The translations under genes were made by a program, and so were the position numbers. From the NCBI RefSeq assembly GCF_045037415.1, contig NZ_CP173438.1: a stretch of 64,000 nt of DNA, one strand, 5' to 3'. The stretch comes from Escherichia coli. Its GTDB lineage: Bacteria > Pseudomonadota > Gammaproteobacteria > Enterobacterales > Enterobacteriaceae. The notes under the pieces are model-generated. The model was not told the DNA's origin. It did no database searches and worked only from the letters and a program-made list of their open reading frames with translations. Below, one piece after another: positions 9,971-21,764 of the stretch (position 1 is its first letter; each line of letters opens with the position of its first letter).

Positions 9971-10642
9971 TTAGCCTCTGATGATTTTAAGCGCCCATGC
10001 GCCACTCATAATGACCAGCAGCACCAGACACATACCAAAAGCCAGCATACAAGCCTGAGCCATATTCATAAAATGCCATGGTGGTAGCAGATACCAGCCT
10101 TCAGATTGCTGATACATTTCCACAAACCACTGTTGCGTGCTGCTCAGTGTGACGCCATCAGGAACGATTGGTGCGTCATAGCCACAATCCCCGGTAGGCT
10201 TGAACCAATTTGGTGCCCACTGTGCCAGCGGCAGGTTAAAGGGAAAAGTGGGATCGGTAGAGCAACCCTGTACGCCAAACAGTGAATCGGGATCCGGATT
10301 ATGTACTGCATGGTGGATATCGTTCAGTTTGAGCGAAAACTTCAGTCCCAAAATGCTGCCGTAAAATGCCATCACGCAGCCAATTAGCTTGAGGATGATG
10401 TTCTTTGGATTGATCGCTGCAACCAATCCTCCAATCACCATCACAAACATGGCGTAGCGAATGTATACACATTGCTCACAGGGTGCCATGTAGAGATAGA
10501 TCTGGAAGAAAGAGTGCGCCAGGATAATTAACGTGCCCATCGCAACGGCCATTAACAACCACAACAAGCGTTGCTCCTGCCATCTGACCAGTGTGTCAAC
10601 TGGTGATGTGCGAAGATCTTTCCACATTCCCTTAATACCCAT
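9971..10642 (-). CDS. dsbI: DsbB-like membrane disulfide oxidoreductase DsbI, 223 aa
   Basis: Polytopic membrane protein with a CEQC pair in the first periplasmic loop and a large C-terminal domain; partner of dsbL and assT. Confidence 0.8.
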   Translation of the reverse strand: MGIKGMWKDLRTSPVDTLVRWQEQRLLWLLMAVAMGTLIILAHSFFQIYLYMAPCEQCVYIRYAMFVMVIGGLVAAINPKNIILKLIGCVMAFYGSILGLKFSLKLNDIHHAVHNPDPDSLFGVQGCSTDPTFPFNLPLAQWAPNWFKPTGDCGYDAPIVPDGVTLSSTQQWFVEMYQQSEGWYLLPPWHFMNMAQACMLAFGMCLVLLVIMSGAWALKIIRG

Positions 10643-10656
10643 AGCCTGTTTCCCTG

Positions 10657-11325
10657 TTATTTGCTTGCTAACTCACGGATAAGGTCTGCCATCGCGTCGA
10701 TGGATTTGATGCTCTTGGTGTAGATCAAGTACTTACCATTAACGACATAGGCTGGAACCCCCTGGATTTTGGCGACATCATAAGAGGCTTTCCATTTTTC
10801 CAGTGTTTCTTGAACTGCTGGTTCTTTCAGTGCCGCTTCAAAATCCGCCTGACTCATACCTGCGGCATCCAGACCAGTTTTGATAAAGGCAGCGGGATCT
10901 TTACCGTCAGACCAGCGTTCTTTTTTGTCGTGATAAGCCGCGTAGTAGGCAAACTTGGCTTTCTTAAACTGAGAGTTAGCATCAAATAAGGAAATGCCTG
11001 CTGCTTTATCTTTATTGATCAAGACCGCAAAGACTTCGCTTGCTTGTTTGCCGTATTCACCTTTGGTTTCCAGATGGAACGGCGTGAAAGCAACGATATC
11101 TTTCACTTTTTCCGATACCGGACCGGTAACCGCTTTGTCGTACTTGTAACAGAACGGGCAGGCGTAGCTAAATACCTTAATCAGCGTTTTGTCGGCATTC
11201 GGAATAGGTTTTTCCAGAACCATGTAATCCGTGCCTTCGGTAAATGCAGAAGCGGTAAATGAAACAGCCAAAGCTGCGGTAAGCAGTATGGTTTTAAATA
11301 GTGATGAGATCCCTAATTTCGACAT
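10657..11325 (-). CDS. dsbL: Periplasmic thiol:disulfide oxidoreductase DsbL (DsbA paralogue), 222 aa
   Basis: Signal peptide plus thioredoxin-fold active site CPFC (..[14 protein letters not shown]..). Confidence 0.85.
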   Translation of the reverse strand: MSKLGISSLFKTILLTAALAVSFTASAFTEGTDYMVLEKPIPNADKTLIKVFSYACPFCYKYDKAVTGPVSEKVKDIVAFTPFHLETKGEYGKQASEVFAVLINKDKAAGISLFDANSQFKKAKFAYYAAYHDKKERWSDGKDPAAFIKTGLDAAGMSQADFEAALKEPAVQETLEKWKASYDVAKIQGVPAYVVNGKYLIYTKSIKSIDAMADLIRELASK

Positions 11326-11342
11326 TTTTATTCCCTTCTTAA

Positions 11343-13139
11343 TTATTTGAACATCTGTTGTGGACGGACTAACAGTGCACGATAGTGAGTCTGATTGGGT
11401 TTATCTGACAGCACGTCGATTTCCACTTTCACTTCTTTGGTTTTGTAATCGATTTCGTTCAACTTACCGATGGTTGGCTGCCCGACATCGAACAAATGAA
11501 TAGAACCACCGAAGCCAAACATGGTGTTACGGTCGGCTTGATATTCAATGATGGAGGTAATCGGGCTATAGAAATCGTAGCCACGTTCTTTACCGTATTC
11601 CCACACTTGCTGAACGGTGCCTTTCTTCTCATCAATCTTATATTCCACAAAGCGGGAGTATTTCATGGTTGGTAAGGCAGGTTGTTCCAGATGACGCCCA
11701 TCGCCATTATCAAAAATGGTGAGCGTTCCTTTGCTGGAAATCCAGGCGGTATGCTGGGTGTAGGTAAAGTCGAAGTCTGAGTTTTCGCACAGGCCATTTT
11801 CGTTACAGGTAATTGGCTTACCGTTAGCATCAACCGGTTTCAGCAGCTTGCTGGCCAGCGGTTTTTCCCAACCTTTAGAGGGCGCAAGGATCCATTTCAC
11901 TTGCTTATCACGACCAATCTTCACAACACCCTGGTGGCGAGAGGAGAGGATGATAGAGTCATCTTTTGCGTCATAGGCGATAGAGTTCACGTGCGCCCAG
12001 TTGCGGCCTGGCCCTACACCCAGCGCGTCGCCGAACGGTGTATCTGGTTCCAGTTTTGCCTGTTGTCCTGCATGGGCAAGGTCAACGTTAACGCAAACTG
12101 CACCTGCATCCAGCGCGCCGAGCAGTGCATCGCGTTTCGGATCGAGGATCTTGGTCAGATCCCATACATCGACAACGCGACCAGATTTATCGACTTCGAG
12201 GATATGGTCACGAATGGTGGTGACGTGTACGCCGTCATCGCGACGATAGTTACTCTTACCTACGCGCAACAGTACCGTGCCATTTGGCGTCTCAATGGAC
12301 TCATGAGTGGCGTCAGCAAATCCGCGCGGTAGTTTGTGATCTTCGAGCACCTGCCCCATCATGTCGAACTCGTACCAGTGCTGACCTTGTACAGCGGTAA
12401 AGGTGCCGCGTGGCGTTTCACGGATACCCATCAGATAACCACGTTTGTTAATGTTGCGGTCACGACCATCGTAGAAGGTGTTTTGATCCAACCACCAGCG
12501 GTATTCGCCTTCCGTATCGACGATAAAGGTGAATGGCGCGATATCAAAAGGGAGTGCGCCAGTTGCCGGACCCGCATCAAGGATACCGGCATTTTTATCT
12601 TTCTCACCATGCCAGTGGAGATCGGAACCTTGGGCGGTAAAGGTGTGGGTATTAACCAGATAGAGGCGATCTTCAAAACCTGGCGCGACTTTAACGACTT
12701 TGGTTTGCTGTAGGTCGGAGATGGAGCGGTTATCCATGTAATTGTTGACGATGGCGGAAGTCTGCACCACGTAATCATCTTTCATGGCCTTACCGTTTTC
12801 TTTCCACTCAACGGTCACTTTGTTCGCAAACTTCTGGTAAAGACCAAAAATCGGTACACCATCGTAAGTTTTCAGTGACTCGTTGCCCACTTTATAGCTG
12901 ATGTCAACGCCTTTTTCGCCCTTCCCGTGGACGGTAACTTTGACGTCAGAAATAACATGGCTGTCTAAATCAACCAGCGCGGTTAAGGGCGCATTACCGT
13001 AGGGATCGACGATAATCGCCCCAAGCTGCCCGGCAGGCGGTGCTGGTTTAAAACCCGCAGCCATCACCCCCGATGCTGACAAACCCAGGGTTATCGCCAC
13101 AGTTCCGGCTACGAGTGTTTTTCTATATTTATCAAACAT
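11343..13139 (-). CDS. assT: Periplasmic arylsulfate sulfotransferase AssT, 598 aa
   Basis: 598-aa secreted protein (signal peptide MFDKYRKTLVAGTVAITLGLSASGVMA) with beta-propeller-like composition; operon partner of dsbL/dsbI as described for uropathogenic E. coli. Confidence 0.8.
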   Translation of the reverse strand: MFDKYRKTLVAGTVAITLGLSASGVMAAGFKPAPPAGQLGAIIVDPYGNAPLTALVDLDSHVISDVKVTVHGKGEKGVDISYKVGNESLKTYDGVPIFGLYQKFANKVTVEWKENGKAMKDDYVVQTSAIVNNYMDNRSISDLQQTKVVKVAPGFEDRLYLVNTHTFTAQGSDLHWHGEKDKNAGILDAGPATGALPFDIAPFTFIVDTEGEYRWWLDQNTFYDGRDRNINKRGYLMGIRETPRGTFTAVQGQHWYEFDMMGQVLEDHKLPRGFADATHESIETPNGTVLLRVGKSNYRRDDGVHVTTIRDHILEVDKSGRVVDVWDLTKILDPKRDALLGALDAGAVCVNVDLAHAGQQAKLEPDTPFGDALGVGPGRNWAHVNSIAYDAKDDSIILSSRHQGVVKIGRDKQVKWILAPSKGWEKPLASKLLKPVDANGKPITCNENGLCENSDFDFTYTQHTAWISSKGTLTIFDNGDGRHLEQPALPTMKYSRFVEYKIDEKKGTVQQVWEYGKERGYDFYSPITSIIEYQADRNTMFGFGGSIHLFDVGQPTIGKLNEIDYKTKEVKVEIDVLSDKPNQTHYRALLVRPQQMFK

Positions 13140-13589
13140 GGATATATCTCCTTATATAACGCAAATATATAATAATGATGAATATCGACTGTTGAGAGGG
13201 TGCTAATAAATTCGTTACGTGAATATAAATATTAATTCAATAAAGAGTGAGAATGTTTTTGTGTTTCTTTTAAATATGTTGTTATTCGGTGAAACAAATA
13301 TTTATGTTTAATGGATAGTAGGGGGGCAATATATCAATCACAATGTTCAATACTGTGTAGTGTGATCCCTGCAACATTGTTTTTTAATTATTAAATTTAA
13401 ATCTGGTGAGATAAAAGTAAAGTATTTAAATAATATCAAATAGTTATGTTGTGATGTATTCACTTACTTTAATTACAATATCGCTTGCATATGACGATTT
13501 AACATTAAATTGAGTATTAATGTTAAATAAAGGTTGGATATGTATGTGTTTATATATTGATGGGAATTATGAATGGTGGATTATAAGAG

Positions 13590-13612
13590 ATTGCCCCGCT
13601 TATCGGGGCAAT
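13590..13612 (-). terminator. Terminator-like hairpin downstream of ygiC (ATTGCCCCG-CTTAT-CGGGGCAAT)
   Basis: 9-bp GC-rich inverted repeat immediately 3' of the ygiC stop on the minus strand. Confidence 0.45.
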
Positions 13613-13623
13613 ATTAAGCTGTA

Positions 13624-14784
13624 TTACTCAACAAAAATATGTGGATAAAACCGAGACATATCCTGGGTGATCAATGCACGGTCTTCACGAATGCCAATTC
13701 CGGCAGGTTGATCGTTCACCAGCCAGCTACCAATCAGCATATAGCTGTCGCCGAATTTCGGTAACGGGTGGAATTGCTGAACAATCATCCCTTCTTCGCC
13801 ATACGGACCTTCCGCTGCTTCAATGGTTTTGCCGTTCTCAATGATCGACACGTTTGCGCCTTCACGGGAGAAGATCGGTTTAACCACATATTTTTCCATT
13901 TGCGGATGATCATCTTCCGCAAAATAAGCGGGCAGCAGGTTCGGGTGATTCGGGAACATCTCCCACAGTAGCGGTAGAAGCGCTTTGTTGGAGATAATGC
14001 TCTTCCACGCCGGTTCCAGCCAGCGTACGCCTGCATCCTCCAGCTTGGTGGAGAACATCTCACGCAACATAAATTCCCACGGATACAGCTTGAACAGGTT
14101 GGAAATCACCTGATCCTGTAAATCCGTGAACTGACCTTTTTCACCTAACCCGATATCGTCAATGTAGAGGAACTCGGTGGCGATTTCAGCTTCCGTTGCG
14201 CAGTCCTGCAAATACTGAATGGTTCCGCGATCTTCCACCGTGTCGCGACAGCAGGTGAGATGCAGCAACTGGAAGCCATACTGTTCACGCAGCTCAACGA
14301 AGCGATCGATCAGCTTTTCTTGCAGACTGTTAAACTGGTCGCTGCCCTCCGGCAAGTTACCGGCGTTAAGCTGATCTTCCAGCCAGATCCACTGAAAGAA
14401 CGCCGCCTCGTATAGTGACGTTGGCGTATCGGCGTTATTTTCCAGAAGTTTAGGTTCGCCAGTGCCATCCCACGCCAGATCAAGACGCGAATAAAGCGAT
14501 GGCTGGTGCGTCAGCCATGACTGGCGCACAAAACTCCAGGTGTGTTTTGGTATGCGGAATTTGGTCATCAGCTCATCGCTGGCGATCACTTTTTCCACCA
14601 CTTTCAGGCACATCTGGTGCAGTTCGGCGGTGACTTCTTCCAGCTTTTCAACCTGAGAGAGGGTCAACTTGTAGTAAGCATCTTCACACCAGTACGGCTC
14701 GCCGTACATGGTGTGAAAATTGAAACCGTATTCGTGGGCTTTTTCGCGCCAGTCCGGGCGCTCGGTAATACTGACTCTTTCCAT
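13624..14784 (-). CDS. ygiC: Glutathionylspermidine-synthase-like ATP-grasp protein YgiC, 386 aa
   Basis: 386-aa product [38 protein letters not shown]... recognised as YgiC; adjacent to ygiB and tolC. Confidence 0.9.
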   Translation of the reverse strand: MERVSITERPDWREKAHEYGFNFHTMYGEPYWCEDAYYKLTLSQVEKLEEVTAELHQMCLKVVEKVIASDELMTKFRIPKHTWSFVRQSWLTHQPSLYSRLDLAWDGTGEPKLLENNADTPTSLYEAAFFQWIWLEDQLNAGNLPEGSDQFNSLQEKLIDRFVELREQYGFQLLHLTCCRDTVEDRGTIQYLQDCATEAEIATEFLYIDDIGLGEKGQFTDLQDQVISNLFKLYPWEFMLREMFSTKLEDAGVRWLEPAWKSIISNKALLPLLWEMFPNHPNLLPAYFAEDDHPQMEKYVVKPIFSREGANVSIIENGKTIEAAEGPYGEEGMIVQQFHPLPKFGDSYMLIGSWLVNDQPAGIGIREDRALITQDMSRFYPHIFVE

Positions 14785-14789
14785 CGGTA

Positions 14790-15461
14790 TCAGCCACCCA
14801 TTGAACGAGAAGAGGTGCCGGTTGCGCTACGCTGCATAGTGCTTTGTTTGGCAACAGATTCACCAAAACCGCCACGGGTAACAGTAGTAGTGGTCGCCGG
14901 TTTTGGTGCCATTGCCGTCTTCGGTACGGTCATGGTGCGGCCTGGCTGGGCTGCGCCATAGTTTTTACCGGTCGCGTCGGTATATTTACCGTAAGCCGGG
15001 CTGGCCGGGTTTTTCGAGGAGAACAGCGGCTGCTGTGCAAATCCCGCGCCGCCGCCCATCAGACGTCCCATCATGTAACCGGCCATCAGCGGCATCCAGA
15101 AACTCCCGCTGGATTGCTGGGCCTGCGCCTGGTTTTCTGGTGCCATGCCAGCCTGGGCTGGTGCCTGCTGGCACTGACCTTCACCAAATTCAGCAACACA
15201 GTCTTCACGGGTGGCGTATTTCGGCGCAGTACGTTCGGCTTCTTTCAGCGCATTGTTGTACGCGGTGGTACATTCGGCGCTTTTGCCTGGGTTTGCAGCT
15301 GAACAGTCGTCAGCATTTTGATAGAGAGACACTGTTTCATCACTCTTTTCACAGCCCGCCAGCATAAAAACAGTGGCAACCGCGAGAGCGACTGGTGTCA
15401 GATGGCGTGCGCTCCAGTTTTTGCGGAACGATGCGTGGCGTATGGATTTTGTCCGTTTCAT
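14790..15461 (-). CDS. ygiB: DUF1190 lipoprotein YgiB, 223 aa
   Basis: ORF 14790..15494; start at [16 protein letters not shown]... with lipobox-like LAGC; Gly/Met/Ala/Gln-rich C-terminus typical of YgiB. Confidence 0.85.
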
Positions 15462-15608
15462 TTTTGTCTTCCGGGACCAGTGGTAAATACCCATCAGAAT
15501 AGAGGATGGCTGGTCGAAATTGAAGCGAGAAGGGGGAAGAATGCGGCAGATAACCCGTATCTTTACGTTGCCTTACGTTCAGACGGGGCCGAAGCCCCGT
15601 CGTCGTCG

Positions 15609-17090
15609 TCAGTTACGGAAAGGGTTATGACCGTTACTGGTGGTAGTGCGTGCGGATGTTTGCTGAACGACTGGTGCCGGGCTATCAGGCGCATAACCAT
15701 CAGCAATAGCATTCTGTTCCGGCGTTTGCGGGGCAACGTTTTCCGGATTAGTGGAAACCGGTTTGCTCAGCGCATTGTTCAGTGCCAGCAGATCCTGCTC
15801 GTTCAACGTACCCAGAGCTGACTTAATATTCAACTGGTTAATCAGGTAGTTATAACGCGCATTTGCCAGCTCTTGCTTAGCGTTGTACAGCGTGGTGGTC
15901 GCATCCAACACATCAACAATGGTACGCGTACCGACCGAGTAACCCGCCTCCATCGCGTCTAATGAGCTTTGAGCGGAAACTACGGCTTGTTTGTAGGCGT
16001 TAATGCTACTGATAGAAGCATTAATGTTGTTGAAGGAGGAACGTACGGTTTGTACGACGCTACGATGCGCGCTTTCCAGTTGCTCGCTGGCACCAACAAA
16101 GTTGTACTGGGCCTGTTTCACCTGCGAGTTAACCATTCCGCCCTGATAAATCGGCAGCGAGAAGCTCAGGCCAACTTTGTTCTGGCCCATATTGCTATCG
16201 TCATACTGGGTACCAGCGGCACCACGGGTTTTCGAACCGCTATAAGAGGTGTCAGAAATCCCGGTAGAAGCCGTTAAATCCAGAGTCGGTAAGTGACCAT
16301 CCTGCGCCTGGCGAATTTGCTCGCGCGCCAGGTCCTGGCTCAAACGCGCCTGTAACAGGGACAGGTTGCGTTTTTCGGCTTCTTTCAGCAGCGTGTTAAC
16401 CGGCTGTGGTTTGTCGGTTTTAAAGTTTTCGACATTCAGCGCCGCCAGTTCCGGATAGTAGTTACCGGTGATCTGGCGCAGCTGCTCTACCGCGTTATCA
16501 AGGTTATTACGTGCGGTCACTTCGTTCGCCAGCACGGTATCGTACTGTGCGCGGGCGTTCTGCACGTCGGTGATCGCTACCAGGCCCACGTTAAAACGTT
16601 GGGTGGTTTGATCTAATTGACGGTAGATCGCTTCTTTTTGCGCCTGTGTATAGGAAAGAACGTCAATCGCATTCAACACGTTGAAATAAGCGGTCGCGGT
16701 GTTGAGGATCAAGGTTTGTTGATCGGTCTGATACGTGACGTCCTGAATCCCAGCTGCTTTTTCCTGCAGCGTTAACGCACGCCATTTCGACATATCAAAA
16801 ATGGATTGAGTTAACTGCAGGGACGCACTGGTCGCGTTAGAGTTGATGCCGTTCGCGTCGCGGTAGCCGTTGCTATAGGTGTAATCTGCACCTAAACCTA
16901 GCTGTGGCAGTAATGGACTGCGCGCTTCATTAATTTTTTCAAAGGCAGCATCACGATCGGCGGCAGACTTACGCAATTCCGGGTTACTAAGGCGTGCTTG
17001 CTGATAAACTTGCATCAGGTTCTCGGCCTGGCTCAACGAACTGAACCCAGAGAGGCTCAGGCCGATAAGAATGGGGAGCAATTTCTTCAT
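15609..17090 (-). CDS. tolC: Outer membrane channel TolC, 493 aa
   Basis: ORF 15609..17129; start at MKKLLPILIGLSLSGFSSLSQAENLMQVYQQARLSNPELRKS..., a canonical TolC sequence. Confidence 0.95.
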   Translation of the reverse strand: MKKLLPILIGLSLSGFSSLSQAENLMQVYQQARLSNPELRKSAADRDAAFEKINEARSPLLPQLGLGADYTYSNGYRDANGINSNATSASLQLTQSIFDMSKWRALTLQEKAAGIQDVTYQTDQQTLILNTATAYFNVLNAIDVLSYTQAQKEAIYRQLDQTTQRFNVGLVAITDVQNARAQYDTVLANEVTARNNLDNAVEQLRQITGNYYPELAALNVENFKTDKPQPVNTLLKEAEKRNLSLLQARLSQDLAREQIRQAQDGHLPTLDLTASTGISDTSYSGSKTRGAAGTQYDDSNMGQNKVGLSFSLPIYQGGMVNSQVKQAQYNFVGASEQLESAHRSVVQTVRSSFNNINASISSINAYKQAVVSAQSSLDAMEAGYSVGTRTIVDVLDATTTLYNAKQELANARYNYLINQLNIKSALGTLNEQDLLALNNALSKPVSTNPENVAPQTPEQNAIADGYAPDSPAPVVQQTSARTTTSNGHNPFRN

Positions 17091-17294
17091 TTGCATTCCT
17101 TGTGGTGAAGCAGTATTTAGCGCGATCAAACTGTAAAATTATTGCGGATTCTAGCAGAAGCCGCTACCGCAAAAGGTTGGCGTTACGTGCCATAGGGCGT
17201 TAATGTGCCTCAATTTAACACATGACTGCTCAAACGGCAGTCAAACGTCGCTGAAATTCACATTTAATTCACTATTAGTGCCAGGACATTAACA

Positions 17295-17924
17295 ATGCTT
17301 AAGCCAGACAACCTGCCCGTTACATTTGGCAAAAACGATGTAGAAATTATTGCACGAGAAACACTTTATCGCGGCTTTTTTTCATTAGATCTTTATAGAT
17401 TTCGTCATCGTCTATTCAACGGGCAAATGAGTCATGAGGTACGGCGGGAAATTTTTGAGCGCGGTCACGCCGCAGTCTTGCTACCCTTTGACCCAGTGCG
17501 TGATGAAGTTGTGCTGATTGAGCAGATTCGGATTGCCGCGTACGACACCAGCGAAACCCCTTGGCTACTGGAGATGGTTGCCGGGATGATTGAAGAGGGT
17601 GAAAGTGTGGAAGATGTTGCCCGTCGCGAAGCGATTGAAGAGGCGGGACTGATAGTCAAACGGACCAAACCGGTGTTAAGTTTCCTGGCAAGCCCGGGGG
17701 GCACCAGTGAGCGTTCGTCAATTATGGTGGGCGAAGTGGACGCCACGACCGCAAGCGGTATTCACGGTCTGGCTGATGAAAACGAAGATATTCGCGTTCA
17801 TGTGGTAAGCCGGGAACAGGCATACCAGTGGGTAGAAGAGGGGAAAATCGACAACGCAGCGTCGGTCATCGCTTTGCAATGGCTGCAGCTGCATCATCAA
17901 GCGTTAAAAAATGAGTGGGCATAA
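17295..17924 (+). CDS. nudF: ADP-ribose pyrophosphatase NudF, 209 aa
   Basis: Nudix box region (..[22 protein letters not shown]..) and tolC-adjacent context. Confidence 0.9.
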
Positions 17925-18347
17925 ATGAAGCGTTACACACCTGACTTTCCTGAAATGATGCGCCTGTGCGAGATGAACTTTTCACAATTGCGCCGTTTGT
18001 TACCGCGCAATGACGCACCCGGCGAAACTGTAAGCTATCAGGTGGCAAACGCACAATATCGGCTGACGATTGTGGAATCGACCCGATACACTACCCTGGT
18101 GACAATAGAACAGACTGCGCCCGCGATCAGTTACTGGAGCCTTCCGTCAATGACGGTGCGTCTGTATCATGACGCGATGGTGGCTGAAGTGTGTTCAAGC
18201 CAGCAGATTTTTCGCTTCAAAGCGCGGTATGATTATCCTAATAAAAAGTTGCATCAACGCGACGAAAAGCATCAAATTAATCAGTTTTTAGCGGACTGGT
18301 TGCGATACTGTTTAGCACATGGAGCGATGGCGATTCCGGTTTATTAG
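17925..18347 (+). CDS. yqiB: DUF1249 protein YqiB, 140 aa
   Basis: 140-aa ORF whose start overlaps the nudF stop (ATGA); conserved nudF-yqiB-cpdA-yqiA arrangement. Confidence 0.8.
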
Positions 18348-18371
18348 CGTCGTGAAACCTAAGGACACCAT

Positions 18372-19199
18372 TTGGAAAGCCTGTTAACCCTTCCTCTGGC
18401 TGGTGAGGCCAGAGTCAGGATTTTACAAATTACCGACACTCACCTGTTTGCACAAAAGCACGAAGCCCTGTTAGGGGTAAACACCTGGGAAAGCTACCAG
18501 GCGGTGCTGGAGGCGATTCGGCCACACCAGCACGAATTCGACCTGATTGTCGCGACAGGTGATTTAGCGCAGGATCAATCCTCTGCGGCCTATCAGCATT
18601 TCGCTGAAGGCATCGCAAGTTTTCGTGCGCCCTGCGTCTGGCTGCCGGGCAACCACGATTTCCAGCCCGCGATGTACAGTGCGTTACAGGATGCGGGTAT
18701 CTCCCCGGCGAAGCGGGTGTTTATTGGTGAGCAATGGCAAATCCTGTTGCTGGATAGCCAGGTGTTTGGCGTGCCGCACGGTGAGCTGAGCGAGTTTCAG
18801 CTTGAGTGGCTGGAACGTAAACTGGCCGATGCGCCAGAACGCCATACGTTGCTGCTGCTGCATCATCATCCGCTACCTGCGGGTTGTAGTTGGCTTGATC
18901 AACACAGCCTGCGTAACGCGGGCGAACTGGATACCGTGCTGGCGAAGTTTCCGCACGTCAAATACTTGCTGTGCGGTCATATTCATCAGGAGCTGGATCT
19001 CGACTGGAACGGTCGCCGCCTGCTGGCAACGCCGTCGACCTGTGTGCAGTTTAAGCCGCACTGTTCCAACTTTACGCTGGATACCATCGCGCCCGGCTGG
19101 CGTACTCTTGAGTTACATGCTGATGGCACGCTGACCACCGAGGTGCATCGCCTGGCGGACGCACGCTTCCAACCTGATACCGCTTCAGAAGGCTACTGA
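18372..19199 (+). CDS. cpdA: 3',5'-cyclic AMP phosphodiesterase CpdA, 275 aa (TTG start as called by the ORF track)
   Basis: Metallophosphoesterase motifs (ITDTH, GDL, GNHD, HHHP, GHIH) in the product. Confidence 0.9.
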   Translation: MESLLTLPLAGEARVRILQITDTHLFAQKHEALLGVNTWESYQAVLEAIRPHQHEFDLIVATGDLAQDQSSAAYQHFAEGIASFRAPCVWLPGNHDFQPAMYSALQDAGISPAKRVFIGEQWQILLLDSQVFGVPHGELSEFQLEWLERKLADAPERHTLLLLHHHPLPAGCSWLDQHSLRNAGELDTVLAKFPHVKYLLCGHIHQELDLDWNGRRLLATPSTCVQFKPHCSNFTLDTIAPGWRTLELHADGTLTTEVHRLADARFQPDTASEGY

Positions 19200-19780
19200 T
19201 GTCTACGCTTCTTTATTTACACGGTTTCAACAGCTCGCCGCGCTCTGCAAAAGCGAGCTTGTTAAAAAACTGGCTGGCGGAACATCACCCTGACGTTGAG
19301 ATGATCATTCCGCAGCTGCCGCCGTATCCTTCCGACGCGGCAGAACTGCTGGAATCCATTGTCCTGGAACATGGCGGCGATTCGCTGGGTATTGTCGGTT
19401 CGTCACTGGGGGGATATTACGCCACCTGGTTGTCGCAATGTTTTATGCTGCCCGCAGTGGTGGTCAACCCGGCGGTGCGCCCGTTTGAACTGCTGACGGA
19501 CTATCTCGGTCAGAACGAGAACCCCTACACCGGGCAGCAATATGTGCTAGAGTCACGCCATATTTACGATCTCAAAGTCATGCAGATTGACCCGCTGGAA
19601 GCGCCGGATTTGATCTGGCTGCTGCAACAGACGGGAGATGAAGTGCTGGATTACCGCCAGGCGGTGGCGTACTACGCTTCCTGCCGCCAGACTGTCATAG
19701 AAGGCGGCAACCACGCATTCACGGGCTTCGAAGATTATTTCAACCCGATCGTCGATTTTCTTGGTCTGCACCATCTCTGA
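19199..19780 (+). CDS. yqiA: Esterase YqiA (alpha/beta hydrolase), 193 aa
   Basis: Start overlaps the cpdA stop; product [19 protein letters not shown]...GSSLGGYY has the serine-hydrolase nucleophile elbow. Confidence 0.85.
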   Translation: MSTLLYLHGFNSSPRSAKASLLKNWLAEHHPDVEMIIPQLPPYPSDAAELLESIVLEHGGDSLGIVGSSLGGYYATWLSQCFMLPAVVVNPAVRPFELLTDYLGQNENPYTGQQYVLESRHIYDLKVMQIDPLEAPDLIWLLQQTGDEVLDYRQAVAYYASCRQTVIEGGNHAFTGFEDYFNPIVDFLGLHHL

Positions 19781-19805
19781 CGATCAACTCGAATTGCTAA
19801 CTTAA

Positions 19806-21701
<1,896 letters not shown>

Positions 21702-21729
21702 TAATCCTCCCGCCAGAAGAATAAAACAT

Positions 21730-21762
21730 AGCCCGGTATACAAGTGTATACCGGGCTTTTTT
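21730..21762. terminator. Bidirectional rho-independent terminator between parE (+) and the TonB-dependent receptor gene (-)
   Basis: AGCCCGGTATAC-AAGT-GTATACCGGGCT hairpin followed by TTTTTT. Confidence 0.6.
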
Positions 21763-21764
21763 GA

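Noticed and set aside
14844-15367. Plus-strand ORFs of 152 and 154 aa overlapping ygiB and the ygiC-ygiB junction
   Set aside because: Antisense to ygiB, Arg/Cys/Trp-rich products with no recognisable domain; ygiB on the minus strand explains the region.
17130-17294. Possible marbox or other regulator sites in the tolC-nudF divergent promoter region
   Set aside because: tolC is known to be MarA/SoxS/Rob-regulated, but I could not place a confident marbox match by eye, so no feature was called.
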